Shown piece by piece: positions 1-11,500 of a stretch of DNA of 64,000 nt. Within the stretch, counting starts at the first letter, position 1, and every line of letters starts with the position of its first letter. The notes under the pieces are model-generated. The model had not been told where the DNA came from. It did not search any database and was given only the letters and a program-made list of their open reading frames with translations. Both the position numbers and the translations under genes were made by a program. The DNA is from Phoronis australis (taxonomy: Eukaryota; Animalia; Phoronida), in assembly GCA_002633005.1 (NCBI GenBank), contig NMRA01000123.1:708656-772655 (forward strand), in the 5' to 3' direction.

Positions 1-804
1 AGTGATTCCGGCGCTGCACTGTCTTTGATCCTGGTACAAGCCGCTCAGAGAGACGAGCGGTGAAAATTCCCGCATATCTTTAGAAATGCGTATTATTTAC
101 GGTATGGCCGCGGCGCTGGCTGTGGAAAACCTATTCGCTGGTTCTTTCTCAGTAATTATAATGCGCCGATTTAAAAACAAATCAAAGGCGGTTATTATTT
201 ACCCTTCAATTTTTGGCACAACAGTAATGTTGGTCGCTTGTTTTACTTACAGGTCGAATTGTTTTGACTTTCGTGACACTGACTAGAGGCGTCAACTGTT
301 ACAGCAGAAAGGCTATCTTATCCTGGGATCGGTCCTAGATATTATCATATGCACATTAGGCCAAGCACATCGAACAGCTACTAGCTCACTTAATTTGTGA
401 TGGTGCCACAGGCCAAGCCTGGATCTTCGTCGGAGACTGTGAGGTGAAATTTACACTCAGCATTCTCTTACACCTTAGGCGTACATTAATTGCCCAAGGC
501 ATTTTCGCCTCGTGCTCGAATTATGTCGCAAAATTATTCAAATGTATTTACAAGGTGCCCCAAAATGTACTTAGAGTTCCATGGCTCTTTGAATAATTTT
601 TTACGGTACCTCGATGTATTTGAGCCCGAGCCTACAAGCACTGAGGGGTGTGAATTCGACTGTGGCTCGAAAAAAATATTGAGTGCCACCAGAGACAGTA
701 GCCTTTGGTGCTGCCACCCACGAAGTGCAGTTTTTCAATCAACCACTAGTTCCTTTGCCAGTGCTCATTTTCGTTACACCACAAATGTCTGCCTCCTGTC
801 AGCT

Positions 805-895
805 CCACTTCCGAGTTGGCGAAGGTTGTATTTGCTAAAATAGGTTATGCTTTGCTAGTTTATTGAAGGAGATCAACCGGAATTTTTACCAAAAG
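805..895 (+). promoter_or_regulatory. Candidate promoter-proximal non-coding first exon of the SDR gene
   Basis: ETS-like CACTTCCG at ~806-813, donor AAAG|GTACG at 895/896, and a relatively CpG-rich window start. Inference only. Confidence 0.3.
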
Positions 896-1272
896 GTACG
901 TTTTTGTGATATAATCTTTATTTTGGTTCTTTGATTTTGTAATTATTTCCATTTGCACGGTTGGTGCAGACGTAACAACAGAAACTGAGAAATTACCCTA
1001 GCCTGCCCGAGGCTATGGCTGTGACAAGTTCAAAATTGCACCTACCGCACTCTGCAGTGCCGGTATATTCAACGACTTCTTTGTAAATGCAACCAGTGAT
1101 TTAGGAAACAAAAGCCCCTTGCATGATTTTGACATTCGTACTGAGTTCCTAGAAAACTACTGATAACAGTTACGTGCATTACTAGGGCTCACCATGCACA
1201 GGTATCTTTAGACAATGACCACCGTCCTACTGGCTACTGATCATCAATTCACTATATATTAATTATGTATTA

Positions 1273-1906
1273 TAGTGTATTGGGGAGGACCAAAAGCTGA
1301 GGACACCTGTGCGTAGGATGGTGGAGCTCCTATAGGTGCTTCATACGCCAGAAGCTTTTCGGCGAATTATGCCTTGCACTGACTAAAACATCAAAGTCAC
1401 ATTATTATAAATACCCTTTGCTCACAAAGAGAAACCTTAGGAGGCCGTTCATGTATGTAACTCCTTCCAACTTGAACAAATACTCCTGTTATCAAATTTT
1501 TTCTTCGAGCAGTCCCTCATTTAGTTCCCAAAACTGATAACTCATCATTTTTAACACTGCGCTCGCCAGGTGGCATGACGTCATATCCCCTGGTGCGCAC
1601 AGCGTTAAAAATGGTGAATTGCCGATTTTGGGAACTGAACGAGGGACTGCTCGAATAAAAAGTTTGAGTATTTGTTCAAGTTGGAAGGAATTAAATACAT
1701 TGACGGCCTCCTAAGTCCTAACCTGTCCCTCTATGCGCAAAAGGTATTCATAACAACGTAGCATGAATGTTTTAGTCTGTGCGAGGCATAATTCGCCGAA
1801 AATCTTCCGGCATATGAAGCGCCTATAGGAGCTTCACTGTGGAGCTAGTAGAGACTGTGGTCACTGTCTAAGGCGTCCTCAGCTTCTGATCGTCTCTGAT
1901 ACACTA
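1273..1906. mobile_element. Foldback/MITE-like element (long imperfect palindrome), copy 1
   Basis: Termini TAGTGTAT...ATACACTA; the arms are reverse-complementary over ~300 bp around a centre near 1578. Confidence 0.8.
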
Positions 1907-2020
1907 CATATATACTACAAGGTATGACACAGGGACTAGGAGTTCCACAGGTGCTTCACTTCAACCATCCATGTCAAACATTAAACTCAATAAATTTACA
2001 CAAAACGGGTTCAACAAACC

Positions 2021-2358
2021 GTGAGAAATTGTTCGTTCTTCTGATAGCATTTAGGGTGTCCTGCTCCATTGAGTTCTCATCAAATTCACGGTCAAAGCAC
2101 AAAAATGTTCCCAAAAATCCGATATGTACTATCAGTGTGTCCCACGGAAATTGCTGATTTGTCACGGAAGGTCACAACATCAATAACTAGAAATTTCCGT
2201 CCATCCATAACTCATCAGATAATTCTGTACCAACTCGCGTGGGTCACATTGACAGTATGCATGGGCTTGTTGGGAAGAATTTTGTGCTTTCAACCCGAAT
2301 TTGTTGCGAACTCGCTGGAACAGGACAAATGCTATTGGAAGAAAGAACAATTGCTCAT
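2021..2358. mobile_element. Old degenerate palindromic MITE-like element
   Basis: AATTGTTC..TAGCATTT..TGTCCTG..CAAATTC..AAAGCACAAAA recurs as its reverse complement at 2240-2358. Confidence 0.6.
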
Positions 2359-2470
2359 GATTTGATGACCCCTGTTTTGTTTAAATTTATTGAATTTTGT
2401 GCTTGAAATGGACGACTGGAGTTAAGTACCCGTGGAATTGCTTGTCGCAAGTGTCATACCTCGTAATATA

Positions 2471-3262
2471 TAGTGTATTGGGGATGATCAGAAGCTGAGG
2501 ACGTCTGTGCTGCCATATAGCAGTCTCTGATTTTGAGAACCAGTTTAATCCACTGAATAATGGGCGGGTGATTGCCTGGTTCTCAAAATCAGGGACTGCT
2601 ATATCCGACAAGTGCCCATCACTAGTAGTCAGTATTCTGAAAAACAACCCTTAAACTAGATAGTGACCACCATCTCTGGTCCCAGTAGAGTCCCTATAGG
2701 AACTTACTAAGCCAGGAGCCTTTCGGTAAATTATGCCTCACACTGATTAAAACATCAAAGTCACATCATTATAAGCACCTTTTGCGCATAGAGGGACACC
2801 GTTGAAGGTCGTTGGTGTTTTTAATTCCTGTCAAGTCGAACAAATATTCCAACCCATAATTAAAGTTTTTCCTTTGAGCAGTCCTTCGTTCAATCAAGCT
2901 TAAATTGGCAACTGGCTATTTTTAACACTGCGCGTGCTTCTGGCGGGCTAGGTGAAAATAGAAGCACACACAGTGTAAAATGTCTAGCAGCTGCCGATTT
3001 GGACAACTGAATGAAGGTTAGCTCAAAGAAAAAATTTGATTACGGGAGTATTTGTTCGAGTTGGAAGGAATTAAAGACATCGACGGCCTTCTTCTAAGAC
3101 GAAGGTGTTCTGTCCTCTGTTCACAAAAGGTACTTATAACAACGTGACTTTGATGTTTTAATCAGTGTGAAATTAATTTGCCAAAAAAATCCCAGCGTAT
3201 GAAGCTGCTATAGGAATTTCACTGTCACTACTGGGGTCAGCTAGATGCAGTGGTCTCTGTCT
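2471..3262. mobile_element. Foldback/MITE-like element, copy 2 of the 1273-1906 family
   Basis: Same TAGTGTATTGGGGA..AAGCTGAGGAC start and colinear internal sequence, palindromic about ~2950. Confidence 0.75.
2515..2604. mobile_element. 90-bp mini inverted-repeat element nested in foldback copy 2
   Basis: 29-bp inverted repeats ATATAGCAGTC(T/C)CTGATTTTGAGAACCAG with one mismatch. Confidence 0.7.
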
Positions 3263-3808
3263 ACCTTCAAACAACCTTTTTGAGCTGTTATTGGCAATTA
3301 GCTGATGAGACGGAACATTCGTCTGTACTGGGTCAGCACAGCGAGCACAGATGTAGTCTTGATGCAATGCACTAAAATGGTAATGAGAAACTTTTTTTGT
3401 TGTCAGCAACACCTAGATGCTAATACAATGGATTGTGATGGGAAAATGTATGAAAAAGGGTGTGCTTTTGTCTTCTGCAGCTGGTGAAAAGTTTGATCCA
3501 CATTTAACACTTTCTCAATTCTTAGTGTACGGTTTTTATTATCGAATGTTGGCAGCTATGAATTTCGTGTGCTAGAAATGCCACCTGGATTTCAACTGTG
3601 AGGCATATCATGACCTGATGATTTTCATAGTGTGGAGGGCTGTTTTGTTGTTCAGTTATGTGCATTTGTTTTTGTATGTAGTTATTCCCAGTGAGTAATG
3701 ATGATCAGTCTGTGGACACTTGCTGTATTATTTTACAATAATTTATTCTGCATATTGACAGGAAATCACCAAGTACCAGTAGTGCCAGTGGTCTTGTGGT
3801 TTGATATT

Positions 3809-3986
3809 AATTGACCTATTGCAAGGTCCGCCCCTTGCAAAATGTCAACGAACAAACAATAAGTTTTATCCGGCAACATGGTGTTTGTCAGGTAAAATAG
3901 CTGCTTGGAAACGAAGGTGTGTCAAGAATGCTGCATTCTGATTGGTCAGTTAAGCCATCACTCAAAATCCTGGCAATAGGTCAATT
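3809..3986. mobile_element. Small MITE-like element
   Basis: Perfect 14-bp terminal inverted repeats AATTGACCTATTGC / GCAATAGGTCAATT. Confidence 0.6.
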
Positions 3987-5532
3987 GAGGAGTCACTGGT
4001 TAACTGCTAAATATGTGATTTAAAGCCTTCAATCCATGCTATGATGATTATGTAGTAAATGCCATGGCAGCATTGTCTACAGTAATATGCAGAGCAGCTA
4101 GAGTAGTATGTGTACATGTTCGCCCAAAATGAAAAGTTTGACATCTCGATCGAGGAGAAAATAGAAATATCCTAAGACTGACATGCTGGCAGTGTTTTCT
4201 CTCGTTTTAGTTGTGCCTTTGAGAGATGTAAAATTATGAAAAACAATTATGTGTGACCTAGCAAAGTAAGTAAACGTACACATGGTGGCGTATGTAGAAA
4301 AGTGGGACATTCTGATGCTGAACCGGAAAAACTTCATCCTGGATTTTAAAAAGAAGGCATCTAAAATAGGTTTTCCAATTTCTCATGGTGTCCATTACCA
4401 GTTACACGTGACCACTAGTCAAATTGCTGTTCTAGTGTGATCTGGAGAATGGGTCATGTATTAAAGTTTTTTCTACCTTACGTGATTTCTGAACCATCTT
4501 ATTCTGTGACCAATGACTTTCCATTGCTTCATGCTTACCTAGTACTTTACTTGCCTGAGCTTTCAAATGCTGAACAGGGCGTCTGAAACTAGGGTATCTA
4601 AATGTGAGTCAGGTTGTCCTCTTGGATCCATTTTACATCTTCTGAATGAAAGCCTGATGACGGGATGCAGACCGCTTGTACTGGTCACAATTGGAAGGCC
4701 TCAGTCGTAAATATTGTGGTGGCGCAGTTAGCAAAGTTGACACGCTATGCTTGAAAATCTGCCTGTGAGTGATTAAACTCTAACCATTTTTGATGGGGAA
4801 AGGGTTCCCAGCACTCTTGCTAGTGTTGAAAAATCCTCTTTTCGTTGCGTATTGGTGACGGCAAATATGGACCGAAATACTGTTACTATTCAAGATGTCA
4901 TCAATTTTAGTATTTTTGTTAACATAGCAGTTATAACCTTGCACAGTAATAATGATGTTTGATCCCAGTATAATTTTTTGAGCCTGAACTTCGGTCTAGA
5001 TTTAAACCTTTTGATTCATGCTTTTGAAGACAGGGTTCACAGTTTGTATAAGCTTGGGGATCAAATTCGTGCAGTTTCGTCAATTTTGCGTGAAGACTTG
5101 GAATGTTTGACATCTTACTAATTCTTTTAGTTATTAAGTTGTTTATGTTAAAATATTTACCCTCAAATTGGGTTTATATCAAGTTTAAAACTGGTTAGAA
5201 AAATACATGTTTTGAGCTCTTTTATCATTGGCCTTGTTAGTTACGCACACCAGTACATGCCTGTTATTGTTAAGAAATCATACCCTTGTAATTTTTGCAT
5301 TACTTCCTATTTGCCTGTGCCTTTAATGATGTATGGGAAGTTTTTAGATTAAGCATAGTCTGGTAATTGCTTTCTAATCGTTTCTTCCTTGTATAAACAT
5401 GGGATACATTGCCAAAGCTTGCAGTGTGGTCTAGTTTCTGCTAAGAGCTGGTTTTGATGTTTGAAAGTTCCATACAGTTAGAAAGAATTGAGGATGCATT
5501 CTAGTCTGAGTTCACAGAAATAAAATTTCAAA

Positions 5533-5554
5533 ATGGAGCTCGACTTTCTAACAG
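5533..5554 (+). CDS. SDR putative first coding exon (MELDFLT)
   Basis: AAAATGG start context and phase-1 donor ACAG|GTATTT, joining in frame to the exon at 6190. ATG 6195 is an alternative start. Confidence 0.55.
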
Positions 5555-8500
5555 GTATTTTATCTGCTTGATTTTTGTTTTGTTGATTTTTTAAATTAGA
5601 CTTTTATATTGGACGATTTGTGTCCCTCCTTTTGGTTTTATATTGTCCGTCGCTAGATAAGAATGGCATTTAGAATCTAGAAGAAGTCCCGACAGGGTGA
5701 CCACATTTAATCAATCATGTGTTTGTACTGTGATGGAGCTCCAAATTTGTGGTGACAGAATGTTCTGTTCTCTTGTTCTTAACGTACGTATCTGAAGATG
5801 GGTTTGCCATCCCGTTTACTTTCCATGATGTGTCTCCATTTGACGATTATTTGTAGCAAGTCTAATTCATTACTTCACTGATGTATTTAAAAATGACTGT
5901 TGCTGTCCTGCTGTTAAAACCAGAACTCAGAAATTTTTATTGCATGTAGTCCTTCTCAAAATAAGACATTTTAATGGACAGAATTATTTTCATAAAGAAA
6001 GCATTTTAGGATAATTGTTAAATGTGTTATAGATTTTTTTAAGTCATTAAATTTGACCACAGCCATAAAACAATAAAATCCATTTTTGTGATTTTGTTGC
6101 ACATTGCCATTGTCTGTCTAGTCTCTGAGGTACCCAAACCAATATTCATTAATTGCACCCTGTATTTACAAGCTTGCCATCCTTTTCAGCTGAGATGACT
6201 GGCCGTGTTGCCATAGTGACAGGCGCCAATAGCGGTATCGGCTACCACATAGCGCGCTATCTGTGCGAGGGTGGTAATGACGTGGTGTTGGCATGTCGTG
6301 ACGAGGACAAGGGTCAGGAGGCGGTGAGAATGATTAAGGAGGAGTTCCCCAATGCACTTGCCTCCTTTATGATGGTGGGTAGTCACACGAAAGGTTAAGT
6401 CCCGTCCTCNGGGGGGTGCAAAAGATGACCACTCTATGTAACCATAGCTGATAATTACTTCCACCTTGCCCCAAGTTTGCAGCCACTCAGCAGTTAGAAG
6501 TGGTGCAAGTTACCCTAGAACAAGTTACCATACCTCAATAAGGTGGAGTATGTTATCACAAGTAGGGTCAGTTGCACTAGTTTAAATAGTGTTTACACAG
6601 CCACTAAACCTAGCAACAACTGGTTCCAGGAGTTGCTTGTTCTAGTGTATAAGTGTGTGTGGTCGACACTTCAGTGTGTACATAGTAGTGTGAGTTTGTG
6701 TGAGTACAGCGAAAAGTCTTCGGTTGGAGACGCCATTGGCGGACAAATGACATTTTACTTGATCGAAATTTCTCAACAAAATATCTTTAGGAAGTTTTGC
6801 TTTCTTTTTGTAGGTTAGATGTATAGTACAGCTGTCCTCAAACAATAGTTGGTACATTTTTAGCATTTGTAACAACTTTTTGAGGTTTTAAAAATAGAAA
6901 AATGACAATGTTTTTGTCCCAAGTTGAAAATGTTTACAGTAATGAGAAACTCCAATAGTCCAACGTGTGATTTGTCATTTTAAGGCACCAATCTGATGAT
7001 ATCTGTTTCAAAAATTGCTGTTTCACATTTAACTTTCTTGATGATCATGGTTACTACTTTTCCGTAGGCTAGAATATTGTGATCAACAAAAGTCATCCTC
7101 TTTTGTTTAATGAACTGCTATTGTTGCCAACTAAGCATGATGTTTTGGTCTGGGATGTTCCACCCTGTCTAGTTTGGTTTGATGTCACTTGTACGTCCAT
7201 TGGTGGATCTAGGATATCTCCATAATAACGACAATTTCTTGTGAAAGCTCAAAAGTGATATGCCATGGTCGTTCTGAATTGGTCATGCCCAGAGATGGAC
7301 CCTTGGCCTTGCTGAATGGGGTGCCCTCAACCAATTAATATGTAAAACAGTCTCAGACAGGGGCTAGACTATATGTGCATCAGATCTGTGAACTTGTGCA
7401 AACGTGTAATGTCCTTTCTTCTGCAGCTATTTTATTTTCATAACTTAGTCAATTTCTAGCTTCGATAAATTCAGAGAGTAAACTCCATGTTGAATTCTTA
7501 TTAACATGGAAAATGAATGTGTACGCCTAATTTAAGGGCAAAGTCTCTTTTTATTTCCATTGAAGCATGGCCTGTTTTCGGATATATTATTAGAAAATGT
7601 CATAAATAAAAATAATGATAGAAAAAACCTGAAGTATTGAGCAAACAAACTCCTCAAATGCTCAAAAGCTTCGGGGAACACCGTAGAGTTCTCAATGGGG
7701 ACTGTTTTATGCAGCCAGTCGCAAGCTTCCTCTGGTGCCCCTCAATCTACCTCTGGTTCCCCCTTTAGTTGTTATTGCATAGCTGATGAGTGGGTGAAAT
7801 TAGCTGACTAACTTAGACTCACTAACTGCCCTGGCCTATGCAAATTTAATGAAATGTGACCTGTGGGTTGCCAAGGTGACCCAGTTAACATTTATCCTGT
7901 TCCATTATAAATTAAGTAATTTACCCCATTGTTGGTGAAATACTCTATTGAACATATATATGCCTCTTGGTCTTAGGACAGTCACCCAGGTCACCAATTT
8001 CACACCATGTCCCATATCAATGGACGAATGAAGTTGTGAATATTCAGTGCTCAGACCTTATTAACAGTTGAAAATATGTATTACTGGGATTAACAGCTGG
8101 CCTTTGCCTGCACAACTGACCATGTTCAAATTAGGTAATTTGTTTTCATGTTCCCATCGAAGGGTGTTGATATACTGTCTTGATATTCAGTATTTCATCA
8201 CTTACTTCACTACATGTCACATGACCATCCATACTTCTATCCTCTGATTTTGCTGAAACGCAGTACGGTAACCTCTGATATATTGTGATATTGACCAACC
8301 TGGCTGTGAAATATCACTTTTCATTTAATGCAGCTAGACTTCAACTGCAGTTATTTGCAGTCTGATGAATCAAATGCCGTAGATTCCATAAACCTTGTCA
8401 ACGGAGGCAGGTAAGAACAAGTTTACCTAGTGAGGGACAAAAAATCAGGAAAGAGGCATCAGGAGCTGTGTAAAAACATGCTAACTGATCCATCGATCAT

Positions 8501-11500
8501 ATGGACCTCTGGAGAAGTATATTGTGTGTATGACGTGATATCATCTCCGAGTCCTTATTTCACAGCTGGATCTGTCATCCACCCACTCTGTGCGCTCCTT
8601 TGTTGAACTGTTCTGTACCAAGAAGCGCAAGTTGCACATCCTGGTCAACAACGCAGGCATGAAGTTGGACCCCAATGATCCTGCCCTCAAGCCTACACAG
8701 GAAAAGTGTGAGGTTACCATGGCAACAAACTTTTTAGGTACGTCAAACTGCAGAATTGATGAGTTATGTAACGAATGTTAGACACCCATCTGATGATGCT
8801 TATTGAAAGCTGAAATTATTGTATTGTTTCGGGCTAATACCTACGACAGATTTTTCAACAAAAATTCTCACTGACTTTTATAGGTCTTAAGTTATGTGCC
8901 CACCCCAAAGTTACTAAAAAATGGTTGTCTCAAATAGGAACTGAGAGTGGTTATTCCTCAACCCTAACAACAGGGCTTTGAATTTTCCGCGGAAACACGG
9001 ATTTCCACTTTTTTCAAATGTGCTTTCCGCTTTTTTTATAATATGTCCGCGTAAAAAATCGGATTTGATATAAAATTTCCGCGGCAAATTCCTTTCTTAC
9101 CGCGGCGTTGCAGACAACGTTCACCTCGAAAAGCGGAAGTTGCTCTTTATGTTTCGGAGGAACGCAAATTGTCAACATTGCCGGGGCATCTGGGACAGCG
9201 TGGTGGGATTTTCAATGGCGTCTCGTGTTATTGTTAAGCGCGGCGACAAATACTACCTCTCTGCAGCCAAAAATGTGTGGGTTGGGAGTGGACGGGCGAG
9301 CTAAAAGGACGCAGACGCATGCTACTGATGGTGGTAACGTTTTTTTTTTTTATTCCTCCCGATTTTTGTCGGGGAAAGGTTCACATTGACCATTTCAAGG
9401 CTGGTTATCGGGCATGATTTGGGCCGTAAAAGTTTCANNNNNNNNNNNNNNNNNNNNNNNNNNNNNNNNNNNNNNNNNNNNNNNNNNNNNNNNNNNNNNN
9501 NNNNNNNNNNNNNNNNNNNNNNNNNNNNNNNNNNNNNNNNNNNNNNNNNNNNNNNNNNNNNNNNNNNNNNNNNNNNNNNNNNNNNNNNNNNNNNNNNNNN
9601 NNNNNNNNNNNNNNNNNNNNNNNNNNNNNNNNNNNNNNNNNNNNNNNNNNNNNNNNNNNNNNNNNNNNNNNNNNNNNNNNNNNNNNNNNNNNNNNNNNNN
9701 NNNNNNNNNNNNNNNNNNNNNNNNNNNNNNNNNNNNNNNNNNNNNNNNNNNNNNNNNNNNNNNNNNNNNNNNNNNNNNNNNNNNNNNNNNNNNNNNNNNN
9801 NNNNNNNNNNNNNNNNNNNNNNNNNNNNNNNNNNNNNNNNNNNNNNNNNNNNNNNNNNNNNNNNNNNNNNNNNNNNNNNNNNNNNNNNNNNNNNNNNNNN
9901 NNNNNNNNNNNNNNNNNNNNNNNNNNNNNNNNNNNNNNNNNNNNNNNNNNNNNNNNNNNNNNNNNNNNNNNNNNNNNNNNNNNNNNNNNNNNNNNNNNNN
10001 NNNNNNNNNNNNNNNNNNNNNNNNNNNNNNNNNNNNNNNNNNNNNNNNNNNNNNNNNNNNNNNNNNNNNNNNNNNNNNNNNNNNNNNNNNNNNNNNNNNN
10101 NNNNNNNNNNNNNNNNNNNNNNNCCTAGCCTATTGAGGAGACAATGACCATGCCTTTCCATTTTTCAAAGTACAACATACTACATATATGCCCTCTACTG
10201 GCCACTTTATGGTACCAATAAACAACCCTAGAAGGATACCGTATACGGTGCAATTGTGGGCGCATTTCAACGCTCTGCGTTGCTCTTGTTTAAGAGTTAG
10301 AACCAAAATGGTGGAACTTGGTGACTTCACACTTTTCATCCCTATTCCCATCTTCACTTATGCGTCCTCAACTTTTCGACAAATTCCGATGTATTAAAGT
10401 GACATCTTCTGTTATGAATTCAACCACACTTTCAAATTTTCACTGTTAAGTCTTTCAATTGCCCATTGTCAATTATGGGCCCATCCAAATTGTCTTTAAA
10501 GGCTTTCAAATGTTTCCCCAGCTCAATTTGCACAATCTAAACTTTTAGTTTAGTCCCTGAAGTGTCAAGTTTTTGAACGCCACCGGGAATTAGAAATCCT
10601 AGAATGACATTAGTGGCTTCCTTGTCACTTATATTCTGCTAAGGGTGTTTAGGTTGTCGTGGGTGAAGTGACTGACATCAATAAAACTCCTTGAGTGTTA
10701 ACACAAGTCAAAAGTTTTGGTAACTGTGCATTCATGACTTTTCAAAAAGTTTGGTTTTAAACCCCAGTGTTCTGCTGTGCACTTGCACCCTGAGTTTTTG
10801 GTTTCTGTACTGAAAGGCCTTGAATGTTCAGAATGAATGTGGAAAAATAAACATTAGGTGCGTAACTAACCATCAGAAGTTTTGATTACACCATTGTATG
10901 CATGGGTTCCAATAAAAGTGGCATTCCGTGTCTTCTTAAATCAATCTGTTCAGCAACGTCCGAACAGGCAAAAATATCTTGTCTTGTGGTAGAGGCCAAA
11001 TTTTGCGTGATTTCAAATTAAAATAAAATTTAACAACATTCATATCAAATTTTAGTTACGCAAAAACTTTGCAGTGATCACTGTCACTGTTTATGTGTCA
11101 CATGCATTAAATAGATAGTTTATTGTTCAACGAAATAAATACGTCTGAATGCATTACCTGCGATGACGACAATGAAATCTCATTTGTGTATTCACTCACA
11201 ACCAATGATTGAAATGCTACCAGAAGATGTAATAACATGATACGATTGACAAAAGGCATTTTTTTGCTTTCGATGGTACGATATCATGCATTAGCCTGCT
11301 GTAGGACAGAAATAGATAAATGCCTGTTCTCTAACAAATGCCTTCCTTTAATTAAGACCGGGTCTAGAGCAGGTCTGCTACTATTAGAAGCTTGACAGAA
11401 TTGTTCATATTTTCCAAGAGCTTGGTTGGCTTCCTTTGAAACATCCTGCTTTCATTTATAAGCACACTTAAACATGCTGTATTATGGCACAAGGAAGATT

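Noticed and set aside
86-843. ORFs 86-286 and 490-843 as genes, or a divergent gene at the window start
   Set aside because: No recognisable domain and no consistent exon chain; it cannot be resolved at the window edge.
9322-10161. Long ORFs in the ORF track (also 34645-35277)
   Set aside because: Artefacts of translating through N gaps.
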